This document shows positions 24,393 through 37,839 of a DNA stretch of 64,000 bases, piece after piece. The DNA is from Chiloscyllium plagiosum. Taxonomy: Eukaryota. The position numbers and the translations under genes were made by a program. Position 1 is the first letter of the stretch. Each line of letters starts with the position of its first letter. Location of the stretch: positions 11,784,298-11,848,297 of the forward strand of contig NC_057752.1 in assembly GCF_004010195.1 (NCBI RefSeq), written 5' to 3'. The notes beneath the pieces are model-generated. The model made no database searches and was not told where the DNA came from. It saw only the letters and a list, made by a program, of their open reading frames with translations.

Positions 24393-25724
24393 TTACCAGT
24401 TGAACGCAGAGAAGTATGAAGTTTGGTAGGAGAAATAAGGTTAATTGAAGGGTACAATTCTAATAAGGATGCAGAAGAAGAGTGACCTGAGTGTGTATGT
24501 GCACAAGTCATTGAACGTGGCAGGACAGATTGAGAATGGATAATGAAACGTATTGTATTATCAGTGGGGGAATAGAGTATATGTTACATGCAAGCATATG
24601 AATTAGGAGCAGGAGTAGGCTATCCAGCCTTTTGAGCCTCTCTGCCATTCAAGGAAATCATTGCTGATCTAGTTACCCCACATTCCTACCTACCTTGATA
24701 GCCTTTCATATCTTGCTTACCAAGAATCGATTGACCTCTTGTCTAGCAAATATTCAAAGTTTTTTGATGAGCAATTCCAAATACTCATCATCATTAGTGA
24801 GAAGAAAATTCTCATGTCTTAAGTGAAAGACCCCTTATTTTTAAACTGTGGTCCCCTAATTCTAGATTCTCCCACAAGAGGAAACATCCTTTCCACATCC
24901 ATCCAGTCAAGACCCCTCAGGTTTTAATCATGTTACCTCTTACTCTGCTGAACTCCAGCAGGCACAAATCTACCCTGTCCAATCTTTCCTTATAAGACAA
25001 CCCACATATTCCAGGTATTAGCTGAGTCAACCTACCCTGAATTGCTCTCTTCCCCCACCCCCATCCCCCCACCCAATGCATTTACATCCTTCCTTAAATA
25101 CGGTCCAATATTGTGCACACTATTCCAGATGTGGTTTGACCAGTGTCTTTTATGCCTGAAGCATAACCTCCCGACTTTTATATTTCATTTTCCTTGCATT
25201 AAATGATAAATCTCTGTTCACACTTCTGTTTTCTGAATTATTTGCATACTAACTTTTCACAATTCATACACTAGGAGACCCAGATTTTTCTGCGTCCCCA
25301 AATCTATGGAATTTTGAAAAAATAAAACCACCACTTCAACTATCTCACAAGCAACTTAGTTTTCATCCTAGAGTCTTAAAACATCATGACCCAGGGACTT
25401 GTCGGCCTGCATTTCCAACAATTTGCTGAGTACTACTTCATTGGTGGCAGTAATTTTCTGGAGTTCCTCCCTCCCATTTCCTGATAGCTATTTCTTGGAT
25501 GTTACTTGTAACCTCAGCAATGAAGACTGATCCAAAATATCTGTTTTAAATTCCCTAGACTGATTTTCTAAAGAACCAATGCTCATCTTGTTAACTCTTT
25601 TCTTTTTTAAATATTCAGTATGCACTGGCTGAAATTACCATGAAGAATTGTCCTTCTCAACCTATCATCCAGCTCGGCACCCTATTCCTGCTTTTGTCAA
25701 TACCCTTTGAATCATGTTTTAAAT

Positions 25725-26048
25725 TCTTTCATGGGGTGTGAGCATCGCTGACCAGGCCAGCATTTATTGTCCAGCCCTAATTGCCCAGGAGGCTGTCAGC
25801 CACATTGCTGTGTGTCTCGAGTCACAACTAGGTAAAGATGACCGATTTCCTTCCCTGAAATGCAATAATGAACCAGATTGTTTTTTCTGACAATCGACTA
25901 TGGTCATTATTAGATCCTTAGTTTCAGATACCTATTGAATTCAAATTCCATTATCTGCTATGGTGTGATTTGAACTTGGGTCCCCAGATCATTAGCTGGG
26001 TCTCTGGATTAATAGTCTATTGGTAACACCACTAGGCCATCGACTCCC
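25725..26048 (-). mobile_element. SacSINE1-like SINE, near full length
   Basis: Ends accactaggccatcgactccc (tRNA-like head on the minus strand); same family as 6940. Confidence 0.6.
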
Positions 26049-26049
26049 A

Positions 26050-26872
26050 TTATTCAGAAGAAATATATCTGACCCCCTTTTTGGAAGGCATTCAATATTT
26101 CAGTGTCAACCACTTTCTGTGGCAGAGATTTCCACAGGCTCACCACTCTCTGGTCGAAGAAATGTCTCTTCATCTCATTCCTAAATAGCCTACCCCATAT
26201 CCTTAAACTGTGACCTCTGGTTCTGGACTCCCTGGTCATTGAAAACATGCTTCCTGCATTTATCCTGTTAAACTTTTATAGGTTTCTATGAGATCCCCTT
26301 TACTTTTTTCTCAACTCCAGTGAATGTAGTCCTAATCGATTTGGTGTCTCTTCCTACATCAGTCCTGCCATTCCAGGAGTCGGTCTAGTAATCATTTGTT
26401 ACACTGCCTCCATAGCCAGAACATTCTTCCTCAGATAAGGAGACCAAAACTGCACACACTACTACAAGTGTGGTCTCATGAAGGCCCTGTACAATCGCAG
26501 CAAGACATCTCTGTTCCTGTACTCAAATGCTTTTGCTGTGAAAGCCAAAATACCATTTGCCATCTTCACCACCTGCTGTAGCTGCAATGTTTATTTTCAA
26601 CGACAGGTGTACAAGGACACCCAGGTCTTGTTGCACCTCCCTGTTTCCAAATCTATCAGTGTTGGGATAATAAACTACGGAGTCATACAGCCCGCAGACT
26701 CTTTGGTCCAACCAGTTCATGTCGACCATAATCCCAAAGTAAACTACTCCCACCTGCCTGCGCTTGGCCCACATCCCTCCAAACATTTCTTATTCATGTA
26801 CTTATCTAAATGTCTTTTAAACATTGTAACTGTGCCTGCATCCACCACTTCCTCTGGAGGTTTATTCCACCC
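26050..26872 (-). mobile_element. CR1 LINE 3' fragments
   Basis: SRTRGHSLRI...FFDQRVVSLWKSLP on the minus strand. Confidence 0.8.
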
Positions 26873-26989
26873 ATGAAGCATGCTTCCATGAGCCTGGGGC
26901 TTGTCGGATTCGTCTGCTTTTCTTTTTCTGTCTTTTCTTTTTTGCTTTTTTTTTCGCTTGTTTTACTTGGCTCTTCATGAAGAGCTCAA

Positions 26990-29678
26990 TCGTGGCAGTC
27001 ATAAAGTAGGCCCAGTGCAGACTCATGACGACTTGCAAGAAGGCCCAGCCCAAACTTGCGGCGGTCAGAAAGTAGGCCCAGTGCAGACACGTGGCGGTCA
27101 GAGAGTGGGCCCAGCGCAGACCAGTGGCGGTCGGAGAGTGGGCCCGGCACAGACCTGTGGCGGTCGGAGAGTAGGCCCAGCGCAGACTTGTGCCGGTCAG
27201 AGAGTACGCGCAGCAAAGACCCATGGCAGCCGGAGACTATTCCCAGCGCAGACTCCTGCTGGTCAGACAGTAGGCCCAGAACAGATACGTGGTAGTTGGA
27301 GGGAAGGTCCAGCGTAGACCCCTGGCAGTCGGAGAATAGGCCCAGTGCAGATTTGTGGTGGCCAATGAGTAGGCCTGGCGCAGACTCTTGGCGGTCGGAG
27401 AGTAGACCCAGAGTGGACTCATAGTGGTCGCAGAGTAGGCCCAGCGCAGACCCGTGGCGGTCAGAGAGTAGGCCCAGTGCAGATTCATGGCGGTCGGAGA
27501 GTAGCCCATCGCAAACCCGTGGCGGTGGGAGAGTAGGCCCAGCGCAGACTCGTGGCGGTCGGAGTGTAGGCCCAGTGCAGACTCGTGACGGTTGGAGAGT
27601 AAGCCCAGTGCAGACTTGTGGCGGTCGGAGAATAGGCCCAGTGCAGACTCCTGGCAGACGAGAGTAGGCCCAGCACAGACTCGTGGCAGTCGGAGAATAG
27701 GCCCAGCACAAACCCTTGGTGGTCGGAGAGTAGGCTCAGCACAGACCCATGGCAGCAGGAGACTATGCCCAGCGCAGACTCCTGCCGGTTGGAGAATAGG
27801 ACAAGCACAGACTCCTAGCAGTCGGACAGTAGGCCCAGAACAGACACGTTGTTGGTGGCCAATGAGTAGGCCTGGCGCAGACTCTTGGCGGTTGGAGAGT
27901 AGACCCAGAGCGGACTCATAGTGGTCGGAGAGTAGGCCCAGCGCAGACCCGTGGCGGTCAGAGAGTAGGCCCAGCGCAGACCCGTGGCGGTCGGAGAGTA
28001 GGCCCAGCGCAGACTCGTGGCGGTCGGAGTGTAGGCCTAGCGCAGACTCGTGACAGTCGGAGAGTAGGCCCAGCACAAACCCTTGGTGGTCGGAGAGTAG
28101 GCCCAGCGCAGACTCATGGCGGTCAGAGAGTAAGCCCAACGCAGACTCGTGACGGTTGGAGTGTAGGCCCAGGGCAGACTTGTGCCGGTCAGGGAGTAGG
28201 CTCAGCACAGACCCATGGCAGCAGGAGACTATGCCCAGCGCAGACTCCTGCCGGTTGGAGAATAGGACAAGCACAGACTCCTAGCAGTCGGACAGTAGGC
28301 CCAGAACAGACACGTTGTATTTGAAGGAAAGGCCCAGCATAGACTCCTGGCATGTCGGCAAATAGGCCCAGCGCAGATTTATGGTGGCCAAAGAGTAGGC
28401 CTGGCGCAGACTCTTGGCGGTCCGAGAGTAGGCCCGGCGCAGACTCCTGGCAGCCAGAGAATAGGCCCAGTGCAGACTCCTGGCGGCTAGAGACTATGCC
28501 CAGCACAGACTCCTGCTGGTCGGAGAGTAGATCCAGCACAGACACTTGGTAGTTGGAGGGAAGGCCCAGTGCAGACTCCTGGCGGTTGGAGACTATGCCC
28601 AGCGTAGACTCCTGATGGTCGGAGAGTAAATCCAGCACAGACGCGTGGTAGTTGGAGGGAAGGCCCAGCGTAAACTCCTGGCATGTCGGAGAATAGGCCC
28701 AGCGCAGATTTATGGTGGCCAAAGAGTAGGCCCGGCGCAGACTCTTGGCGGTCGGAGAGTAGACCCGGAGTGGACTCATAGCAGGCGGAGATCAGGCCCA
28801 GCGCAGACTCCTGCCAGTTGGAGAGTAGGCCAAGCGCAGACTCGTGGCGGCCAAAGGGTATGCCCAGCGCAGACTCCTGGTTGTCAGAATGTAGGCCCAG
28901 CACAGACTTGTGGCGGTCGGAGAGTAGGCCCAGCGCAGACCCATGGCGGTCAGAGAGTGGGTCCAGTGCAGACCCCTGGCAGCCAGAAGGTAGGCCCAGC
29001 GCAGACTCATGGTGGTCAGAGAGTAGGCCCAGCGCAGACCCGTGGTAGTTGGCGAGTAGGTCCGGAGCACACTCGTTGCGGTCAGAGAGTAGGCCCAGAG
29101 CAGACCCCTCGCAGTCAGAGAGTAGGCCCCGCGCAGGCTCGTGGCAGTCGGAGAGTCAGCCCAGCACAGACCCCTGGCAGTTGGAGAGTAGGCCCAGTGC
29201 AGACTCCTGGTGTTCGCAGAGAAGGCACTGCGCAGATGCCTGGCGGTCAGAGTGTAGGCCCAGCGCAAACTAGTGGCGGCCAAAGAGTAGGCCCAGCACA
29301 GACTCATGACGTTCGCAGAGAACGCACTGCGCAGACCCCTGGCAGTCGGAGAATAGGCCCAGCACAGACCCTTGACGGTCAGAGAGTAGGCCCAGCGCCG
29401 ACTCATGGCGGTCAGAGCGTACGCCCAGCACAGACTCCTGGCAATTGCAGAAAAGGCTCTGCGCGGACGCCTGGCGGTCGGAGAATAGGCCCAGCGCAGA
29501 CTTGTAGTGGCCAAAGAGTAGACACGGCGCAGACTCATAACAGTCAGTAAGTAGGCCCAGTGCAGGCGGTCGGAGAGTAGACCTGGCGCGGACTCCTAGC
29601 AGTCGGCGAGTAGGCCCGGCACAGCACAGGCACAGGCTCATAGCAGTCGGAGAGTAGGCCCAGCGCAGACGCATGGCG
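26990..29678. repeat. 33-bp GC/CpG-rich minisatellite, ~80 copies, with higher-order structure
   Basis: Consensus gagagtaggcccagcgcagactcgtggcggtcg; produces the 11-aa periodic ORFs (RVGPAQTRGGR / HESALGLLSDR). Confidence 0.95.
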
Positions 29679-31059
29679 ACTGATGATCAGTACATTTGTT
29701 GCTATGCATTGAACTATGCAGCATCAGATATTGGTTGCACCTCAACTGAGTTCAGACATTTTAAAGAAATTGCAAATTTTTCTTGGTGCTTCTGGGACAC
29801 AGGTCATCCCCATGAGAAATCCTATATTACAGTCTGTGCTGGATAGTAATATACTTGCCCTAGAGGGGACGACAATTAGTTGACATTTTTATGTAGATCT
29901 GAATGCTTTACAAATAGGGAGATGGTCTTTTTCAAGTGGGGCTGAGGTCTCTGAGAGTTCAGAGAGCTCTGACTCCTTCCAGATGTACTTCAATTCTGAG
30001 CAAATGTTATATCACAAGAGAGGGCCATAAGGATTGGGAGGATCCTGGTTAGGCAATAGTGTGTGATTAGAAGACAGTAGCAACATAGTATTCATTTTCC
30101 TTGCTTTCTTTCAAATTAGTTTGAAAAATTGAAGCACAACTTGCAACAATCTTAACAAAACGCATCAGTATAGTTGACTGATTAGTATTAATGCATCCTG
30201 GAAAATTAAGTCATACTGCACTTTGAGACAACACAATCCAAATTCAGAGGGCAATGAAGAGTCAACCACATTGCTATGTATCTGAAATCACGTGAGATAG
30301 TAGATTCTCTCCCCAAAAAGATGTTAGTGAACTAAATCTGTTTTTCTGACAATCCAGTCATTTTATGATCACTGTGACGAGAGAGGGCTTTTTATTCCAG
30401 CTTTGCTAATTACTTGAATTTAAGTTGCACCAGCTGCCATGTTTTGATTTAAGTCCATGTCTCTGCATCATTCATCTGGTAACATGAAGACTATATTGCG
30501 ATTCCTGTGAAATACTCAGCCAACTAGATTCTGTCACCTGCATATTGGAAGCAAATCCTGAACGTGAGAATGAATTAGCTTTTTTGATCAAGCAAGAAGC
30601 ATTCAAGCATTTTTCGCAATTAAAAGATGACTGTAGAATAAAATGGTGGTGGGGGGAGCGGTCAATGTCTAAGGATACGGGGTAGGTAATTCAGGACTGA
30701 GATAAGGAGAAATTTCTTCACTCAGAGAGTGGTGAGCCTATGGAATTTTCTGGCATAGAGGGCAAAGCATTGAATGTTTCAAAAAGAAGTTAAATATCAC
30801 CCTCAGGTTTAAAAAGATCAGAGGGTATGAGGTGAAAGCAGGAACAAGGGATTGAGTGGTAGAGCGGATCAAAGTCCTACTCCTATTTTCTATGTTTCTG
30901 TGTAAAAGGCATATCGTAAATGAAACCATTCGATATGCAGTTTCACCGTTCTGCTTCACAGGACTCTGCTTGTAACCCAAATAGAGAACAGGAAATTCAC
31001 GTCTAAACGTACAGGACATTATGCCTCTTCCATTCTAATTTTTTGGGCTTGCTTTGCAG

Positions 31060-31221
31060 AGGAGTTTTCTAAGATGAAGGAGGAGGTTCCCTCAGCTCTG
31101 GTAGAAGCTCATGTAAAGAAAGTAGAAGATGCTGCTAAAGTCACTGGGAAGGCAGATCCAACATATGGACTGGAAAGCAGTGGAATTGCAGGAACTACCC
31201 CAGATGAGCCAGAGAGGTTGG
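31060..31221 (+). CDS. SMARCC2: SMARCC2 coding exon
   Basis: tttgcag|AG GAG TTT...TTG G|gtgagt; (E)[53 protein letters not shown]. Confidence 0.95.
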
Positions 31222-31819
31222 GTGAGTATATGTGATGAATGGGGCCAGGGAGCCAAAGGTAATGGAGCTGTCACAGTGAACCTCTTGTCTTTCCTGATTA
31301 GCTGTACCAGAATAGACCAGAATATCTGACAACTTCTTCACTTGCATGTCATTGCAATTTGTCATTCATTTAAGAAAGATCCCGTTGAAGTAATTTTACA
31401 GATTTAAGTCCAAATGTTCTGTGGCAGGCACAAAATATTCAGATTTTCAGAGAAAAGGTTTGGAGAATGGAAAAGAAAGCTTGCTCACTTCCTACGCAGC
31501 ATCTTCCCCCTGCTTTCTTATCCCCATTTAAACCACTTCCTCCTTTCTCCATGATCACCACCCATTCCTTCCTCCTGCCCACCAATCTCCTCACCTCATC
31601 CTCTCTGGCTCATCTGGGGTGCTTTTTCTGCACTGATTCCCTCCTTACTCTCCCTGACCACTCCCAACCACCTTCTCTGGTTCCATTGACCTCTTCTCCT
31701 CTTTCTACCCTCCCCCCAAGCCAATTGAAATGGAGTCGAGAGTTTGCATGCAGAGTGCAAAGTGCTGGTACTTTCACAAGTAACTTCCTCACTATGTTGA
31801 GAGCAAAAAAAACTTCCAG

Positions 31820-32592
31820 CCCAGAAACAGGCCCTTCGGCTCTCCAAGCCTGAGCAGATCCAAATCTATTGTCTAAACCTGTCGCCCAATTCCTAAGCAT
31901 CTGTATCCCTCTGCTCCCCACCTACTCTTGCATCTGTCCAGACACACCTTAGATGAATCTACCGTGCCTGCCTCTACCACCTCTGTTGGCAGCACGTTCC
32001 AGACGCCCACCACCCTCTGTGTGAAGTACTTGCCGCATGTATCCCCTTTAAACTTTCCACCTCTCACCTTGAAAGCGTGACCTCTCGTTATTGAATGCTT
32101 CACCCTGGGGAAAAAGCTTGTCTCTCTCCACCTTTTCTATACCCTTCGTGATTTTATAAACCTCAATCAGGTCCCCCCTCAATCTCCTTTTTTCTAATGA
32201 AAATAAACCTAACCTACTCAACCTTTCTTCATAGCTAACACCTTCCATACCAGGCAACATCCTCATAAACCTTCTCTGCACCCTCTCCAAAGCGTCCACA
32301 TCCTTTTGGTAATGTTGGGACCAGAACTGTACACAGTATTCTAAGTGCGGCCAAACCAATGTCTTGTACAATTTTAACATGACTTGCCAGCACTTATACT
32401 CAATACCCTGTCCGATGAAGGCAAGCATACTATATGAGCTCTTGACCACTCTATCCACTTGTGCAGCCACCTTCAGGTACAATGGACCTGAACTCACAGA
32501 TCTCTCTGCTCATCAACTTTTCCCAAAGCTCTTCCATTCATTGTATAAGTCGCTCTAGAATTAGTCTTGCCTGAATGCATCACCTCACATTT
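31820..32592 (-). mobile_element. CR1 (HER1-like) LINE 3' end
   Basis: ORF 32048..32497(-) [18 protein letters not shown]...LERVQRRF...RRLRGDLIEVYK. Confidence 0.9.
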
Positions 32593-32667
32593 GTGGACTC
32601 TGGAGTTGTTCACAGCAATGAACAGAATATTGTAAAATATGTAACTTTGTCTGAAATATTTTGATTG

Positions 32668-32822
32668 ACTGAGGATTACATCAGTGGTGCTGGAAGAGCA
32701 CAGCAATTCAGGCAGCATCCAACGAGCAGCGAAATCGACGTTTCGGGCAAAAACCCTTCATCAGGAATAAAGGCAGAGAGCCTGAAGCGTGGAGAGATAA
32801 GCTAGGGGAGGGTGGGGGTGGG
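32668..32822 (-). mobile_element. Penelope-like pLTR fragment with hammerhead core
   Basis: Minus strand cctgatgaagggtttttgcccgaaacgtcgatttc (32731-32765): CUGAUGA, stem II, GAAAC. Confidence 0.75.
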
Positions 32823-32988
32823 CTCTGTTCAGTGAAAGCTTGTCAGAGTTGAAAACACCATTAACGATCAATATTATATGCTAATCACTTTTGCATGACA
32901 TTGATGAAATTTCTAGCAATCTTGCACAGCCAATGGATAGCAACTGAAAAAGGAGATGTAAAATGTTGTTTTCCTTCCCGTTTCTCAG

Positions 32989-33050
32989 AGGAGGCTGGCG
33001 ATGAAATGAAGTCAGATACCCAATCAGCAGAAGAGAAAAAAGAAACAAAG
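32989..33050 (+). CDS. SMARCC2: SMARCC2 coding exon (acidic/charged linker)
   Basis: tttctcag|AG GAG...ACA AAG|gtaaag; (E)EAGDEMKSDTQSAEEKKETK; phase 1-0 fits its neighbours. Confidence 0.88.
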
Positions 33051-34404
33051 GTAAAGCTGCTTGTTGTTACTGTTCTGATACATGCAAGTGCTCTATTTCA
33101 GTCCTTTTGTCCTGACCTCCCAACTTCCTCCTACAAGCTCCTTTTTCTCCACCCCCTAACTTTCATTACCCACAGCTTCCTCCTCCTCACTCCCCACAAC
33201 CCCCAACACTCTCCCTCTCCACAAACTCCAACTCTATCCCTTCAACACCCCACAAACTCCAACTACCACCCTTCCCCCATCTCCCCTTCCTTCCCAACAA
33301 CATCTAAGTCCCTTCCTCCCAAATTCCTCCTCCCTCCCGTCCTCTTCTTTCCCCCAACCTGATCCTTTCTCCACCCCCTCCCTCCCACTCCCACAGTCCC
33401 ATCTCTATCCCCTTGCTTTCCCACTCCCACAACCTGCTCCCTCTCCTAGCATTGACTCTCATTGCACCAATTTCACCATCTCTCTGTACTGACCAAGTTG
33501 GGATATGTAACTACTCAAAATTAGATCTGTTATACATATGGCTTCAAATGTTGCCACCAGATCCAAAGGAACACAGATTTAAGAACCCAAGGATGCTTAA
33601 TGGAAACCAAAATGTTCTTGCTGCATGTGGCATAAATGTTGTCGCTGCCCAACCTTAAATCAAATCTTTCATGTTGCTGATTTCTCACAGCAACCAGCCA
33701 TCAGATAAGAATGCGAATTAGTAAGGTCCACTCAGCTAGTTTATTGCTGAGAACTTGCCAGTATGACCTGGACTCCGACCTGAAGTATTTCCCATTCAGT
33801 TCACAGGTGCTTCAAAGAAAGAGCCGCCATCTTTATTTGTCTGCACTGCATTAGTTGTCATGTTTCATTGTGCTAGAGAAGGCCAACACTACCAACTCTA
33901 ACAATGAAGCAGTGCAGAAGGATTTCTACAACTTTTCCTGATGTTTCAGTGAAGGAAACATTGTTTGGTGCAGTTGAAAAAGGCCTTCAGTCATTTGTCA
34001 GTGCTGAGCTGTTGATGCCTGCAATTAACTTTACTGTTCATGGTTGGGATGTGGGAAATCAGCCAGTGCTTGCATTCAAAATCTCTGTCCAAGAAGAAGT
34101 GTGCACAGATGTCAAGTCACGTGTGGGAGGTTTGTCCTGATGCCCATGTTCAGATATTCTGTCCCATTGAATGTGCAGGAATAGGGTCATCTGGGAATAG
34201 AGTAGAGAAAATGGGGAGCAATAATAAAAGTGATCTAACAAATTAGCTACTGTATACAATCTCTTCCCTCCCCTCTCAGAGCAACAAAATGCTTTTATTG
34301 TTTCTACAATGAGAATGCAAGCTGAAATGTGTTTCTCACTTTGTAATTCATTTTGAATTTGCAATTTTAAGAAATTGTAACTTTGAAGCCATTTCCTTTT
34401 ATTT

Positions 34405-34900
34405 GTTCATGGGATGAAGGCATCACTGGCTTGGCCAGCATTTATTGTCCATCCTTCATTGTCCAGAGGATAGTCAAGAGTCCACTGCATTACTGTAGGT
34501 CTGGAGTGCCATGTAGAACCCATCAAAAAAAGATGACAAATTTCCTTCCCTGAAGGACATTGGTAAGCCAGATGGGTTTTTACACCAATTGATATTGGTT
34601 ACATCATTGGCATTAGCCTAGCTTTTTATTCCAGATTTTAATTTAAATTTCACCATCTGTCATGGTGGGATTCAAACCCCTTCCCCGAGGACACCAAATG
34701 ACCTTCTCTAAAGGACATTTGTGATTGGATTTTTACAATTGACAATGGTTACATTAGGCTAGCATTTGTTTTATTCCAAACTTTTATTGGCTTTAAATTT
34801 CACCATCAACCATTGTAGGATTCAGATCTGCATCCCCAGGATTGAGTCCAGTTTATTAATCCACCTCCTTCCCATTTACACTGGCATACAGCACATTGTC
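34405..34900 (-). mobile_element. SacSINE1-like SINE with internal partial duplication
   Basis: aaggacatt...aaatttcaccatc...ggattca occurs twice (~34550-34690 and ~34710-34845). Confidence 0.55.
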
Positions 34901-35004
34901 ATTCCTGGATCCATGAACTTCCACAGAGGAATATCTTATCTTTTCCTCTATATGTCTGTCACTTGTCCTAGTGCCTTCTTTTGACTTTGCTGCTTTGTTT
35001 TTAG

Positions 35005-35131
35005 GAGAACAAAGAAGTAGTAGTGGAAGATGAAAGTAAGGAGAAACAGCCTGACTCTTCGAAAAAGGAAGAAGATAAAACAAAAGAATGTGAACCAGAG
35101 AAAGAAAATGAAAAGGCTGAGGTAGAAGTAG
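35005..35131 (+). CDS. SMARCC2: SMARCC2 coding exon (E/K-rich linker)
   Basis: gtttttag|GAG AAC...GTA G|gtaagt; ENKEVVVEDESKEKQPDSSKKEEDKTKECEPEKENEKAEVEV; phase 0-1. Confidence 0.88.
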
Positions 35132-35356
35132 GTAAGTTCAACAACATTGTCATCGAATCTGCACAGATCTTGCAGGAGAGTTGCATGTGAATGCACATGG
35201 CCTTTGTATGCTGGGTCTCATAAACAAGACAAACTCAGAGCAGGCTCCGAGGGGAGAATGAAGAGAAACTTAAAACCAAAAAATTGCAACAAGATTACAG
35301 ATAAATGTCGAAAGAATGTGCAGTAATTCATTACTTTTTGTGGTCAATTCCAGCAG

Positions 35357-35520
35357 ACATAGAAAGGGAGAAAGAAAATAAAGAATTCCCGGAGGATGGA
35401 GCAAAGAAGGATGGCGAGTCAGAAACAGATAAGAAAACAAAACTGGAGAGAGATATTGGTGAAGGGAATCTGTCGACAGCAGCAGCAGCAGCATTAGCTG
35501 CAGCTGCAGTTAAAGCAAAG
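35357..35520 (+). CDS. SMARCC2: SMARCC2 coding exon (tandem CAGCAG acceptor; may start at 35354)
   Basis: ttccagcag|AC ATA...GCA AAG|gtaagt; (D)[54 protein letters not shown]. Confidence 0.92.
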
Positions 35521-35959
35521 GTAAGTGTCCATATGGTTCCAATGCAGATTAAGGTTAAGTAATTATATAAGGCTTTGAAACCATAATCTGTTCCTCGTGT
35601 TGTTGCTCACTGGCTCATAGCTTGGCAGTTGTCTAATAGATCTGTGTTTTGATGATCTGTTTGTACCGAAATTAATCTGATTCCATGGTTGAACCATAAA
35701 ATAGTACAGTACAGAAGGAAGCCTTTGAGCGTATATAGTCTGCACTGGCTCTTTTGAAGACCAATCAAGTTAAGTCCACTCTCCTACTCTTTCCCCATAC
35801 CCCTGCAATGATTTCTTTTCTGTACCCACTTGAAAGCATTTATGTAGTTCCTATGTGGTGCCAGAATAGAACACAGTCCTGGAAAAAACTGAAGCTTTGT
35901 ACTAACACAGCACTTGTCATGACTTCTAGTCAACTCAAAAGTACCTTACAGTCTATGAA

Positions 35960-37040
35960 GTTTTAGCTGTCTGGATACAGAATTGGCTGGTCGACAGAAG
36001 ACCACTAGTGGTAGTGGAAGGAAAATATTCTGCCTGGAAGTCAGTGGTGAGTGGTGTTCCACAGGGCTCTGTTCTTGGGCCTCTATTCTTTGTAATTTTT
36101 ATTAATGACTTGGATGAGGAGATTGAAGGATGGGTTAGCAAGTTTGCAGATGACACAAAGGTTGGAGGTGTCATTGACAGTATAGAGGACTGTTGTAGCG
36201 TGACATTGACAGGATGCAGAGATGGACTGAGAGGTGGCAGATGGAGTTCAACCTGGATAACTGCGAGGTGATGCATTTTGGAAGGTCGAACTTGAAAGTT
36301 GAGTACAGGATTAAGGATAGGATTCTGGAACAGAGGGATCTTGGGGTGCAGGTACATAGATCCCTTAAAATGGCCACCCAAGTGGACAGGGTTGTTAAGA
36401 AGCATATGGTGTTTTGGCTTTCATTAACAGGGGGATTGAGTGTTTAAGAGCCATGAGATCTTGTTGCAGCTCTATAAAACTTTGGTTAGACCGCACTTTG
36501 AATACTGTGTCCAGTTCTGGTCGACTTATTATAGGAAAGATGTGGATGTTTTGGAGAGGGTTCAGAGGAGGTTTACCAGGATGCTGCCTGGAATGGAGGG
36601 CTTATCTTACGAAGAGAGGTTGACTGAGCTCGGACGTTTTTCATTGGAAAAAAGAAGGAAGACAGGGAACCTAATTGAGGTGTACAAGATAATGAGAGGC
36701 ATAGAGTGAGTTGATAGCCAGAAACCTTTTCCCAGGGCAGAAATTGTTAACACGAGGGGTCATAGTTTTAAGCTGGTTGGCAGAAAATACAGAGGGGATG
36801 TCAGAGGCGGGTTCTTTACGCAGAGAGTTGTGAGAGCATGGAATTCATTGCCAGCAGCAGTTGTGGAAGCGAGGTCATTGGGGATATTTAAGAGACTGCT
36901 GGACATGCATATGGTCACAGAAATTTGAGAGTTCGTACATTAGGTTTACCTCACATCAGGATCAATGGTCGGCACAACATCGTGGGCTGAAGGGCCTGTT
37001 CTGTGCTGTACTGTTCTGTATGTTCTATATGTTCTATATA
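35960..37040 (+). mobile_element. CR1 LINE RT 3' fragment
   Basis: SGVPQGSVLGP...INDLD...SKFADDTK; PHFEYCVQFW; (ttctatatg) tail. Confidence 0.92.
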
Positions 37041-37839
37041 AGTTTTGTTTGAAATAAGATCAGTTTTGTGATGTTGGAAATGTGGCAGACAATGTACAAA
37101 CAACAATGTGATAATGAATAAAGAATCTGTTTTGGCAATCTTGTTTTGAGGCATAAACATTGGCCTCAGTGCGCACAGTTTACCTTTGCTGACCCAAAGG
37201 CCTCATCAGAAACAAAGCACTTCAGTATGGCACTGGAATGTCAGTCTTCATATTTGTGCTCAACCCCTGGAGTGGAACATGAACCCTGTGAGCAGCACGG
37301 TGGCTCAGTGGTTAGCTCTGCTGCCTCACAAGGCTAGGGAGCCGGGTTTGATTCCAGCCTCAGGCAGCAGTATGAAGTCATATGTTTGGGGGGGAGGGGG
37401 AAGAGTCCGAAGAGGCATGACAAGCTAAATGGTACAATTCTAAATAGGAAGCAAGAACAGAGAGAGCTGGAAATGTTTGTTAGATAGAGTGGGTTATGAT
37501 CACAAAGATAGATTGAGGGATTAAAGGGTGTTAAATCAGACAGGGATATCATGAGGAGAGAGAACTAGAGGTTAGATTAAAACAAAGAACTGCGAATGCT
37601 GGAGATATGAAACAAACAGACAAAAATTACTGGAGAAACTCTGCAGATCTGGCCATATCTGTGGAGAGAAAACCACGTTAGTGTTTTGAGTCCAGTGTCC
37701 CTTCTTAAGAACTAACTGAGAGATTAGTCTCTCTCAATGGTTTGATGAGGAGTGAGATTGAGGGCATCTTTATTTTCAACTTTATTTTTAGTTCATTCAC
37801 AGAATGGGTGTCACTGGCAAGCTCAACATCCTTAATTAA

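Noticed and set aside
26862..29674. Long ORFs (up to 345 aa) on both strands as a novel repetitive protein gene
   Set aside because: They arise from a 33-bp stop-poor tandem unit; frames shift and stop irregularly, and there are no splice or start signals linking them
33100..33470. Pro/Ser/Thr-rich extension of ORF 32895..33362 as coding sequence
   Set aside because: Lies past a good donor at 33051; C/T-rich low-complexity intron (similar tracts at 12340-12560 and 31500-31720)
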